Assembly: GCA_963797095.1 (NCBI GenBank)
Contig: CAWCNY010000003.1
Coordinates: 160,001 to 224,000 of the forward strand
DNA from: an uncultured Chloroflexia bacterium
GTDB lineage: Bacteria; Chloroflexota; Chloroflexia; QHBQ01; JADMIH01
Length of the DNA: 64,000 nt
Reading direction: 5' to 3'
This document shows, in pieces, positions 10,025 to 18,665 of the stretch (positions within the stretch are counted from its first letter, which is position 1; each line of letters starts with the position of its first letter). A program made the translations under genes and the position numbers. Below the pieces are notes generated by a model that saw nothing but the letters and a program-made list of their open reading frames with translations, made no database searches and had not been told where the DNA came from.

Positions 10025-12361
10025 TTATGGAGCGAGTCCCGGGCGACCTGAGGCGAGCGGCAGCGGCCTCGCTTCGGCGGCCATCGGTTGGTGGTCCTCA
10101 GTGGAGAAGACCAGGTTGAGCGATTCGTCGCGCATTCTCATGCCCCTCACTTCGACCCGCCCCACGCCGGCGGGCAGGACGGCTCTGGAGGGGTCGAAGT
10201 GCCCTTCGGCGCTCACCTCTATGCCCAGGAGCGTCTGAAGCAGGAGGAGCGGAGCGCCAGCTGCCCAGGCCTGGGGGCTGCAGCTGACAGGATAGGCGGC
10301 GGGTGCGCTCTCCTCTTGCGCACCCTTTCCCCTCGCGAAGCCGCAGTAGAGCTCTGGCAGGCGATAGTCCGGGAAGGTGGCCGCGGCGTCCAGGATCTGG
10401 CGGGCTATTTGTTGCATCTCTGCTTCGAAGCCGTACCGCCGCAGCCCGGCCACCAGGATGGCGTTGTCGTGGGGCCACACCGAGCCGTTGTGGTAGCTCA
10501 TAGGGTTGTACGTGGGGTCTTCCGCGCTGATAGTGCGCACCCCCCACCCGGATAACATGTCGTGGCGCATCAGCCGGGCCACCACCCGCGCAGCCCGCGA
10601 TTCCTCGACGATGCCTGTCCACAAGCAGTGCCCAACGTTGGAAGTTACCGCCCTCACCTGGGCCTTGGATCGATCCAGCGCATGCACGTAGAATCCCTCT
10701 TCTTCCCACCAGAAGTCGCGGTTGAACTCCTCTTTGAGGCGGGCAGCCTGGTGTTCGAGCCTGGCGGACAGGCCGCCCTGTGCTTGCTCATGCACCGCGC
10801 CGCCGTAGCGCTTCAGCGTTTCGGCCACGCCCAGCAGAGCGGCGTAATAGTAACCCTGTACCTCGACAAGGGCGACCGGAGGTTCCGGCCAGGGCCCGAA
10901 GGGGCCGCCCAGCGACTCGTCGGTGTCCTTCCACCCCTGGTTGCGTATGCCGCGCCCGGAGCGAGATTTGTACTCGATATAGCCGTCGCCGTCCAGGTCT
11001 CCCCAGCGCCAAGCCCAATCGAGCGCTCGCCGCACGCTCCCCCATAGCTCGTCGAAGAGGGGCTGGCCGCCGGTCCATTTGACCGTTTCGGAGAATAAGA
11101 TCATGTAAAGGAGGGTGCTGTCCACCGTGCCATAGTATGGGCTGTGCGGCACCTCGCGCGCCAGGGCCATATCGCCCCGCCGAAGCTCGTGTAATATCTT
11201 GCCCGGCTCGCCGTCGCGCCAGTCGTCCACAGCAGTAGCCTGGTACGAGGAGAGGACGCGCAGAGTATCTACGGCTATCTGGGGATTGAGGACCAGAGTT
11301 TCGAGGGCGGTAATCAGGCTGTCGCGCCCGAAGAGAGTGAAGTACCAGGGGAGGCCCGCCGTCACCACGAGGCCGTGCGGCTCCCACTGCAACAGCGAAC
11401 GCAGGTCGAGGACGCTCGTTTCGAGTATGCGGTTGAGGGCGTAACTATCTGTGTCGATGCGGGTACAGGCTCTTTGCCACTCGGTGAAGACGCCTCGCGC
11501 CCTCGCCACCTGCTCCTTGAAGGTCAGCGCCTGTGCTAACTCCCCGGACTGTGGTCTCAGGCCCCCGGCCGGCAGCTCCGGGCTGTCAGGTTCCGGCACA
11601 AGGCGCAGGTGCATGGTGACAGGTTGTCGAGGTGCAAGGGCCAGTTTGTAATGCAAAGCGACCTCTCGCATCTCCCTGCCGGTCGGGGCATCAAGGGTGG
11701 TCACCTCCTCCCAGGTCACCGGCGCTGCATCGCACGTAAAGAGGAGCACCCTGGCGGCGAGCGGATTCGGACCGGGAGCCGCCTGGCGAGTTGAAACGGC
11801 CGGCTGCGCGCGAACCAGCACGGTAGTGCCTTTAGTGCTGTTCGTGGCTCCAACCGGCCACGCACCTTCGCCAACTCGATGGAAGCCATCGTGCACCCGG
11901 ATGCTCACCGTGGGGACAGGAGTGGAGCGCGTGAGGCCACGTAACTCAAATATATCCGCAAAGTCCGCTCCCACCAGCAGCGTGATTTCGACTTCCAACC
12001 CGGTGGGGTTATAGTTGGTGAACTCAATGCTCTCGACAAGCCCGCGCTCGATATATCGACGGCGCGTGATGCCCAGCGCGTGACCGAGCTGCCCGGGGAC
12101 GGAAGAGCCACTACGCTCCTTCAAGCCGAAGTGTATCGCGCTGAGCCGGAAGGTGGCAGCTATGTTGTAGTCGGTGGTGTAGCTCAGCGAGAGAGGTCTC
12201 TCGCCGCCCACAAGGAGTTGCAGCTTGTTGAGATAGCGGGTGTCGTGCAGGTACAGCCCGTAACCGTCGTTGCCGTCCGGGCCGTTCGCTACATCTCCCG
12301 AATGGTCGCTTATCAGGAGTGTGAAGTCGTCTTTTAGCGTAACTGCAGTCGCACCGGTCAT
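10025..12361 (-). CDS. Amylo-alpha-1,6-glucosidase / glycogen debranching enzyme family (GDE_N + GDE_C)
   Basis: GLYLHDTRYL, ADFADIFELRG, AGLPWYFTLFGRDSLI, YYGTVDST, NQGWKD, SYHNGSVWPHDN, LPELYCG, PQAWAAG. Start moved to ATG 12361 to avoid overlap with lacI. Confidence 0.9.
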   Translation of the reverse strand: MTGATAVTLKDDFTLLISDHSGDVANGPDGNDGYGLYLHDTRYLNKLQLLVGGERPLSLSYTTDYNIAATFRLSAIHFGLKERSGSSVPGQLGHALGITRRRYIERGLVESIEFTNYNPTGLEVEITLLVGADFADIFELRGLTRSTPVPTVSIRVHDGFHRVGEGAWPVGATNSTKGTTVLVRAQPAVSTRQAAPGPNPLAARVLLFTCDAAPVTWEEVTTLDAPTGREMREVALHYKLALAPRQPVTMHLRLVPEPDSPELPAGGLRPQSGELAQALTFKEQVARARGVFTEWQRACTRIDTDSYALNRILETSVLDLRSLLQWEPHGLVVTAGLPWYFTLFGRDSLITALETLVLNPQIAVDTLRVLSSYQATAVDDWRDGEPGKILHELRRGDMALAREVPHSPYYGTVDSTLLYMILFSETVKWTGGQPLFDELWGSVRRALDWAWRWGDLDGDGYIEYKSRSGRGIRNQGWKDTDESLGGPFGPWPEPPVALVEVQGYYYAALLGVAETLKRYGGAVHEQAQGGLSARLEHQAARLKEEFNRDFWWEEEGFYVHALDRSKAQVRAVTSNVGHCLWTGIVEESRAARVVARLMRHDMLSGWGVRTISAEDPTYNPMSYHNGSVWPHDNAILVAGLRRYGFEAEMQQIARQILDAAATFPDYRLPELYCGFARGKGAQEESAPAAYPVSCSPQAWAAGAPLLLLQTLLGIEVSAEGHFDPSRAVLPAGVGRVEVRGMRMRDESLNLVFSTEDHQPMAAEARPLPLASGRPGLAP

Positions 12362-12426
12362 TTCCAGCCTGCTCCTCCCTACTCTTCTTCGATCCTCCAG
12401 GCATCTCTGCCCACTGCCCACTAACC

Positions 12427-13611
12427 TTATGCGGAGGCTCTCACGATCAGTTCCGGCTCCACAAGCACCTGCATAGGGCCGATCCATTTGACGGTCACGC
12501 TCGCCTCTCCCGGGCTTTCCGCGCTGAATTGCCTGCGTTGCTCCGCCGTAATCGTATCGGCCACCAGACCCACCTTCTTCTTGCGCCGTGCTTGGTTGTC
12601 TATGATCGACACAAGGAGACCGAGCAGGATTTCCGCGATTGAGCCAAGCGGCTGCCGAACTGTAGTGAGCGGAGTCCGAAGATATGCTGCGAATGGAAGA
12701 TCGTCGAAGCCTGTGACCGCTATTGCTCCTGAGCCTGAGCCGGGACCCAAAGTCGGCTCCGCCCCGACCGCTATCCCGCGATCCTGCAAGTCTTGAATCA
12801 CCTGCATGGCAAGGCGGTCGTTGGCGGCCAGGATGGCTGTAGGCCGCGCGTCGTGTGTGACGTTGCCGGTGCTATCAGTGCCAGCGGTGTCAAGCGAGAG
12901 AAGGTGGGCAATCGCTTCCCTGGTGTTTGCCTGTTCCTGCAAGTCTACGATCACCAGGCGCTCGTCAAGAGGCAAGCCATGATTTTTCAAGCCTTCAACG
13001 TAGCCATCATAGCGGTACAGCGAGTAAGATGTGTTGAGAGGTCCGCTCAAATAGGCAATCGTCCGGTGGCCCTTGCCGACCAGGTAATCGATGACCGCAC
13101 GGATGCCTGCCCTGCTGTCCAGGTCCACCAGCGGGTAGTAGAGCCCCTCATAATCTGCGGTACGCCCGAAAGCAACGAATGGAATGTCAAGCGACTGGAG
13201 CAGATCGATCCGCTCGTCCTGGGGTTTGATGTCGGCAATGATAATACCATCCACCCGCCCGCTTCCGGCCAGCTCGCGATATATTTGGCTCGTATGGCTT
13301 GGAGTATCGGCAATGGTTGCCAGCAAGCTCAGGTTGTGGCGAAATGCGGAGAGGGTCAGCAAACCCAGGAACTCTTTGAAGAAGGGCTCCGACTCGATAT
13401 GCCCGCGAATCAGCGGAGCAAAAGCCACGGTGTCGGTGCGCCGCCTTTGTAAGCTGCGTGCCGCGGCGCTCGGGTAATAATTTAGAGACCGGGCGATTTC
13501 GATGACCCGCTGGCGCGTCTGTTCATTCACGTCGCTGAAGCCGTTGAGCGCGTGCGAAACCGTGGTGATAGATACGCCAGCTTCTCTGGCAACATCGAAG
13601 ATGGTACTCAT
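12427..13611 (-). CDS. LacI-family transcriptional regulator
   Basis: N-terminal HTH TIFDVAREAGVSITTVSHALN, hinge AARSL, GFDDL...LTTVRQP. Confidence 0.96.
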   Translation of the reverse strand: MSTIFDVAREAGVSITTVSHALNGFSDVNEQTRQRVIEIARSLNYYPSAAARSLQRRRTDTVAFAPLIRGHIESEPFFKEFLGLLTLSAFRHNLSLLATIADTPSHTSQIYRELAGSGRVDGIIIADIKPQDERIDLLQSLDIPFVAFGRTADYEGLYYPLVDLDSRAGIRAVIDYLVGKGHRTIAYLSGPLNTSYSLYRYDGYVEGLKNHGLPLDERLVIVDLQEQANTREAIAHLLSLDTAGTDSTGNVTHDARPTAILAANDRLAMQVIQDLQDRGIAVGAEPTLGPGSGSGAIAVTGFDDLPFAAYLRTPLTTVRQPLGSIAEILLGLLVSIIDNQARRKKKVGLVADTITAEQRRQFSAESPGEASVTVKWIGPMQVLVEPELIVRASA

Positions 13612-13741
13612 ATCGAGCCCTTCGCTGAGCTAGCGAATCAGCAGCCAGCTATCACTTTCCGGCCGGTCGCTGCGTGCAGGAGACTGGCCCTGACTATAGA
13701 ATCAACCTCAGGCGGTACGATCTTCTCGCGTTAATTTGGTC

Positions 13742-13794
13742 ACCAAAACATTTTGGACCAGCAGTATTATTGACGAAAATGTAGCCCCTGTCAA
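13742..13794 (-). promoter_or_regulatory. lacI promoter plus second operator copy (ACCAAAACATTTTGGA)
   Basis: Minus-strand TTGACA (13789-13794), 17-bp spacer, AATAAT, followed by an operator-like palindrome at 13742-13757 that matches 775-790. Confidence 0.65.
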
Positions 13795-13846
13795 GACCTG
13801 AGGATGAGCCTGTAGTGTGCAAACTCTGGTCCATGTGTGGGCAGCC

Positions 13847-14047
13847 TTATGCAGCTTGGCTATCGCTGTCATTATCCATGATCAGGAACCTGGGTGCCTC
13901 TCTCCATGCTGTTGCCTCCCTCGGCTGCTGGGCCGTCCATGCGTCTGTTGGAGAGCGGGTGACGCCGAAGTGGACCACACGCCGGGAGCCAAGTTCTATC
14001 GTGAAGAAGCTGAACAAGTGCCTGAAGAACAGGTCATACGTTGGCAA
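13847..14047 (-). pseudogene. Integrase-core (rve) transposase fragment
   Basis: FFTIELGSRRVVHFGVTRSPTDAWTAQQ.RE...PRFLI.D.D matches the middle of DDE integrase-core transposases; both ends missing. Confidence 0.75.
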
Positions 14048-14231
14048 GTACGTCTAGCGCCGAGACCCGAGCCATCAATAGTCCACACGTTTTCTGCATG
14101 CGCTAACGAAGTGCTGTCTCTGGCAGTCGAATTGTTGCAGTAGAGGCTCTTCGTATCCCGATGCCCCCGACTATTCAACGCTCTCCATTACTGACGAAGA
14201 GTGTTGGTAAGCCCTACTCTAGCGAACTTGT

Positions 14232-14500
14232 TCAATTGTTGCAACACTGCCCCAACAACCAACCAACGGCTGATCGGGGCACGTCGGTCCCCGTCTCGCG
14301 GGCGGCTTCGGCCGCGGCACGCACTGTCTGCCAGGCCCGCTGTACCTCCGGCCCCAGCTGCAGCGCCCACTGCTCGACCTCCGACCAGGCAACCTGTGGC
14401 GTGGTGCGGCGCAGATCCGAGAGCACCAGGTTCAGGCAGTCGCGGAAGTGGCGTTCGCTCTCGCCCAACGCGTACCCTCCTCCAGCCACTTGCCTACCCC
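14232..14500 (-). pseudogene. Possible C-terminal fragment of a nucleotidyltransferase-family gene
   Basis: GESERHFRDCLNLVL...VAWSEVEQWALQLG resembles the 'SERQWRDV...LDWAYLERWA' tail of TA-type nucleotidyltransferases. No credible N-terminus. Confidence 0.35.
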
Positions 14501-14818
14501 TGTGCCTTTGGCCAATGCTGGGAATCGAGCAGCGAGTACTGAAAGAACGCACTTCTCCCATTTGGAGACGCGGCGTGATCGAGGGACTTTGCGCTGCTGG
14601 AGCCGTGGGATTGCGCTTCGCTCCATTTAGCGCAGCAGGAGTATTTCGATATCCATCTGTCGGTCAGACAGGCGGCGGGCAGCGAGCACGCCAACAACCA
14701 ACTCGAGGATGTAAACCAGCACCTAGATACAGACGCGCATGGGACAAGCATAAGCCGACTTCCGCGCCTATACAAGGCTCTATGTCCGCCGGATGCATAT
14801 TTGCACGACTACAACGTC

Positions 14819-14847
14819 TTGACAGATGCCCATTGAGGTGATAATAT
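14819..14847 (+). promoter_or_regulatory. Sigma70-type promoter of the nrtR-led operon
   Basis: TTGACA (14819-14824), 17-bp spacer, TG-n-TAATAT (14842-14847), AT-rich downstream. Confidence 0.7.
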
Positions 14848-14888
14848 AACTATAGATAATTCAAATTAGCTTCAGTGGAAGAATCAAC

Positions 14889-15656
14889 ATGAAAGTAGAC
14901 GGCGACCACAACATCAATAGGAATGAGGAAGAGGCATTACAGGCGAACGCCGTGCTGGCGGTCGATGTGGTGCTTTTCACGGTGCGGGAAGCCGAGGACC
15001 TTGAGGACGCCTGGCAGGTGCTGCTGGTCAAGAGCGGCAAGCGAGTGTTCGAGGGAAGGCGCGCTCTGCCCGGTGTCATAGTGCGCCCGAAGGAGAGATT
15101 TGAAGAGGCCGCGCGGCGGGCGCTGCGCACAAAGACCGGGTTGGATGCCACCGACTGGTATCTTGAGCAGTTGGGGACCTGGGGCGAGCCTGAGAGGGAC
15201 ACGCGCGGAAGGGTGGCTTCAGTGGCATACTTCGCGCTGGTGCGCTCTGACCACCTGGTGCTGGCGGCGGGGGATATGATGCTCGATGCCGAGTGGGTGC
15301 CCGTTCGGCGCGCGCTTCGGGAGGAGTTGGCGTTCGATCACTCGGAGATGTTGAGGGCGGCGGTGGCGCGGGTCAGGTCGAAACTGCGGTATTCGTGGGT
15401 GGCGTTCCAACTATTGCCCGACCGCTTCACCTTGCCGGAGATGAGGGCGGTGTATGCCGCGATCCTCGATCCTTCGGTGGCGCGGCTCAACAGCAGCAAC
15501 TTCAAGCGCGCTTTCGGTGAGTTGTTCGAGTCGGGTGCGCTTGTGCCTACAGGGGAACGCGCCGATATCCAGGGTCGTGGCAGGCCGGGCGACCTCTACC
15601 GCTTTTCGGGCCCGCTGGCGGGAACGCGGGAGCGCGAGTTGCCCTGGCACAGTTAG
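14889..15656 (+). CDS. nrtR: NrtR-family regulator (Nudix-like sensor + C-terminal winged HTH)
   Basis: AVDVVLFT, VLLVK, ALPG, LEQLGTWGEPERDTRGRVASVAYFALV, LAFDH, then wHTH FTLPEMRAVYAAIL...NFKR...GRPGDLYRF. The Nudix box is degenerate. Confidence 0.88.
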   Translation: MKVDGDHNINRNEEEALQANAVLAVDVVLFTVREAEDLEDAWQVLLVKSGKRVFEGRRALPGVIVRPKERFEEAARRALRTKTGLDATDWYLEQLGTWGEPERDTRGRVASVAYFALVRSDHLVLAAGDMMLDAEWVPVRRALREELAFDHSEMLRAAVARVRSKLRYSWVAFQLLPDRFTLPEMRAVYAAILDPSVARLNSSNFKRAFGELFESGALVPTGERADIQGRGRPGDLYRFSGPLAGTRERELPWHS

Positions 15657-15729
15657 GATTTCGGATTGCGGATTTGATTATGGAGGGGTGGATTTTGACT
15701 AGGTCATATTCTAATTCGTGAGGTGTGAG

Positions 15730-16563
15730 ATGGTAGAGTTTCAGGTGGTTGGAGGGACGGTGATGGGGCGGGAGCACTACCGGATGCGGGCTAACAGGCA
15801 GGATGCGTTCCGTATCGAGAGGCTGGATGGAATTGCCGTGGCGGTGGTGTGCGACGGGTGCGGCGACCCTGCAAGCCCACATTCGGAGGTAGGTGCCGTG
15901 CTGGGGGCGCGCACCATCGCGCACAGGCTGTCTGCACTGCTGGCCGCCGATGAGATGCTTCTATCCACACAGGATGGGATGGAAAAAGTGTTGGAGAGAG
16001 TGCGGAGAGACACGCTCGTTAGCCTGAGAAAGTTAGCCAGGACGATGGGCGAGGACCCTGAGGAGGCGATATGCGATTGCTTCCTGTTCACTGTAGTGGG
16101 GTGCGCTATCGGTGAAACGCACGCGGCGTTCTTCGCGCTGGGCGATGGGGCAATCATCGCCAATGGGGTGGCTATTGTGCTTGGCCCCTATGAGAACAAT
16201 GCGCCGCCCTATCTAGCCTACGGGCTGCTGGGAAAAGGCATAGAGCAACATGATCTGGGCTTCAAGGTGCATCGCCATTTGCGCACCTCTGAGCTTGACA
16301 ATTTTCTAATTGGCACGGATGGAGTTTGCGACCTGATTAAGGACGATGGGCAAACACTACCCGGCACTACGGAGCCTATCGGGGGCGTGGAGATGTTCTG
16401 GCACGAAGCGATACACTTCTCCAATCCGCATGCGCTCGGCAATCGCCTGCGCCTGATCAACACCGATCAGGTCAGGATAGATTGGCAGAGCCACAGGAAA
16501 ACGACTGATTGGGGCAGGCTGGCGGACGATACTACCCTGGTGGTGGGGAGGCGGAGTGGATAG
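15730..16563 (+). CDS. PP2C-like protein phosphatase (YegK/TerY-P type)
   Basis: GREH...NRQDAF, VVCDGCG, SEVGA, LGDG, IGTDGV, DDTTLVV. Confidence 0.88.
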   Translation: MVEFQVVGGTVMGREHYRMRANRQDAFRIERLDGIAVAVVCDGCGDPASPHSEVGAVLGARTIAHRLSALLAADEMLLSTQDGMEKVLERVRRDTLVSLRKLARTMGEDPEEAICDCFLFTVVGCAIGETHAAFFALGDGAIIANGVAIVLGPYENNAPPYLAYGLLGKGIEQHDLGFKVHRHLRTSELDNFLIGTDGVCDLIKDDGQTLPGTTEPIGGVEMFWHEAIHFSNPHALGNRLRLINTDQVRIDWQSHRKTTDWGRLADDTTLVVGRRSG

Positions 16564-16581
16564 TGCGTGCTGCTTACTTTT

Positions 16582-16643
16582 TTGCGTATTGCGTATTGCG
16601 TATTGCGTATTGCGTATTGCGTATTGCGTATTGCGTATTGCGT
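16582..16643. repeat. Heptamer tandem repeat (TTGCGTA)x~9 between phosphatase and kinase genes
   Basis: Read directly from the sequence. Confidence 0.95.
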
Positions 16644-16666
16644 CTCCGTATCGGTAGGGTGAGGCT

Positions 16667-18592
16667 ATGAAGAGTGTTTATGTGGGTCGGCGTGAGATCG
16701 GATTGTCGAGCAGGAACGCCATCGGGAAGGGCGGCGAGGCTGACGTGTATAGCATTGGAGGCGGGCTGGCTCTGAAAGTGTTCAAGACGCCTGACCACCC
16801 CGACTTGCAGGTGCTCGATCCCGCTGAGAGGCAGGCGTTGGCCTGCGCGGCGCAAATGCGCATCGAATTGCACCAGCACAAGTTGCCCGCCTTCCCTCAT
16901 GGTCTGCCCGCACCAGTGCTTGCCCCGGTAGAGTTGGCTTACGACCGCAGGGGAAGTGGGGCGCGCATCGTCGGGTATACGATGCCGTTCATCAAGGGAG
17001 CAGACCTGCTGTTCCAGTACGGCAAGCGGGGGTGGAGGGAGTCGGCGTTAGGGGCGGGCATCAATGAAGATAGAGTGCGCGATCTGCTGCTGGAGCTTCA
17101 CGCGGCAGTGACAGGCATCCACGCGGCTGGGGTGGTGATCGGCGACTTCAACGACCTCAATGTGCTGGTGAAGGATGGCCGGGTGTATATGGTAGACGCC
17201 GACTCGTTCCAGTACGGCGGTTTCCTGTGCAACACATTTCAGTACCGCTTCCTGGACCCACTCCTTTGCGAGGCGGTAGGCACGCACCCTGAGATGGTCA
17301 GGCCGCACAATATCGGGTCGGATTGGTATGCATACTCGGCGATGGCGATGCAGTGCCTGTTGTACGTCGATCCGTATGGCGGGCTGTACAGGCCTGCCGA
17401 CCCTTCACACAAAGTGGCGGAGGCGCTGCGCCCGCTCCAGAGGATCACGGTGTTCAACCCTGAGGTGCAGTACCCCAGGGCGGCGCTGCCGATCTGCATG
17501 CTGCCCGACGACCTGCTTCAGCACCTGTACGCGACGTTCGAGCGCGACGTGCGTGTCGAGTTCCCGGCGGCGCTTCTGGACGGAATGAGGTGGACCAAAT
17601 GCTTGCAGTGCGGCCAGCGGCACGCCCGGCAGGTATGCCCGTTCTGCACCGGACAGACGGGGGCGGTGCTCGCGGACGCGGCGCGCATACAGTCGCAGGA
17701 GGTGCGCGGGCAGGTGATCGCAACCCTTGTGTTCAGGACCGAAGGGCTGGTGGTGGCCGCATCGGCGCAGGGTGGTCGCTTGCTGTGGCTGTATGAAGAA
17801 GGAGGTGAGTTGAGGCGTGAGGATGGATCACCTGTAACTCAGGGAAGCGCCCGGCCCGGCATGCGGGTCAGCTTGAGCGGCACTAGCACGCATCTGGCTA
17901 TGGGAGGCGTGGGAGTCACGCTCAGTCCGGACGAGGGGCCTCAGCGGCGGCTGGCCGAGAACTTGGGTGGCGAGACGATGCTGGCCGCAAACTCGCGCCA
18001 CGCCTACTGGATCGAGGGTGGGTACCTGTATCGGGAGGGCGCGCTTGGGCTTGGGCCGTTCCTGATCGGTGAAGTGCTGGCGAACGCTACCCATCTGTGG
18101 GTTGGCGAAACGTTCGGCTTCGGGTTCTACAGGGCCGGAGGCATTTCGGGCGCGCTGGTGTTCGATGCCGAACGGGCCGGGATCAACGACCGGGTGGGGG
18201 TGCAGATCCCACGCGGGCAGATAGTTGACGACGAATGTGTGCTCGGCGATGACAGGTGCTGGTTCATGGTCAGCGCCCAGGAAGGAGGTAGTATAATCAA
18301 CTATTGCACGGTAATTATGCGCGCTGGCAGGGTGATTGCTGCACACAAAGCGAAGGATGGCGACGGGTCGTGGCTGGGGTCGATACATGGGCACTGCGCG
18401 GCAGGCCCGGCCCTGCTGGCCCCCACCGACGCGGGGATTGTGCGCCTGGAAGCGCACGGCGCCTCCATCCAGGAGACGAAAACTTTCCCCGATACAGCAT
18501 CCTTTGTACAAGGTGGAAGCAGGCTCTTTGGAGCACCCAATGGAGTATATGTGATTAGCTCGAACGAGATAAGACTGTTGCGGATGGCATGA
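16667..18592 (+). CDS. Ser/Thr protein kinase (YegI/TerY-P type) with Zn-ribbon and beta-rich C-terminal domain
   Basis: IGKGGEADVY, LALKVF, catalytic loop VVIGDFNDLNVLV, VDADSFQ, SDWYAY; CLQC...CPFC after the kinase domain. Confidence 0.88.
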   Translation: MKSVYVGRREIGLSSRNAIGKGGEADVYSIGGGLALKVFKTPDHPDLQVLDPAERQALACAAQMRIELHQHKLPAFPHGLPAPVLAPVELAYDRRGSGARIVGYTMPFIKGADLLFQYGKRGWRESALGAGINEDRVRDLLLELHAAVTGIHAAGVVIGDFNDLNVLVKDGRVYMVDADSFQYGGFLCNTFQYRFLDPLLCEAVGTHPEMVRPHNIGSDWYAYSAMAMQCLLYVDPYGGLYRPADPSHKVAEALRPLQRITVFNPEVQYPRAALPICMLPDDLLQHLYATFERDVRVEFPAALLDGMRWTKCLQCGQRHARQVCPFCTGQTGAVLADAARIQSQEVRGQVIATLVFRTEGLVVAASAQGGRLLWLYEEGGELRREDGSPVTQGSARPGMRVSLSGTSTHLAMGGVGVTLSPDEGPQRRLAENLGGETMLAANSRHAYWIEGGYLYREGALGLGPFLIGEVLANATHLWVGETFGFGFYRAGGISGALVFDAERAGINDRVGVQIPRGQIVDDECVLGDDRCWFMVSAQEGGSIINYCTVIMRAGRVIAAHKAKDGDGSWLGSIHGHCAAGPALLAPTDAGIVRLEAHGASIQETKTFPDTASFVQGGSRLFGAPNGVYVISSNEIRLLRMA

Positions 18593-18665
18593 GGTCAAAC
18601 GCGACCACAAGATAACCGGCATTTGAACGACCATGCGTGAAGCATGGCGAAAAGGAGAGAATGAA

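Noticed and set aside
14161-14841. 226-aa plus-strand ORF upstream of nrtR as a sixth operon gene
   Set aside because: Low-complexity R/S/A/P composition, no motifs, overlaps the nrtR promoter and lies antisense to a gene remnant.
16582-16643. Tandem arrays as possible CRISPR
   Set aside because: Units are 7-9 bp, contiguous and without unique spacers. No cas genes in the window.
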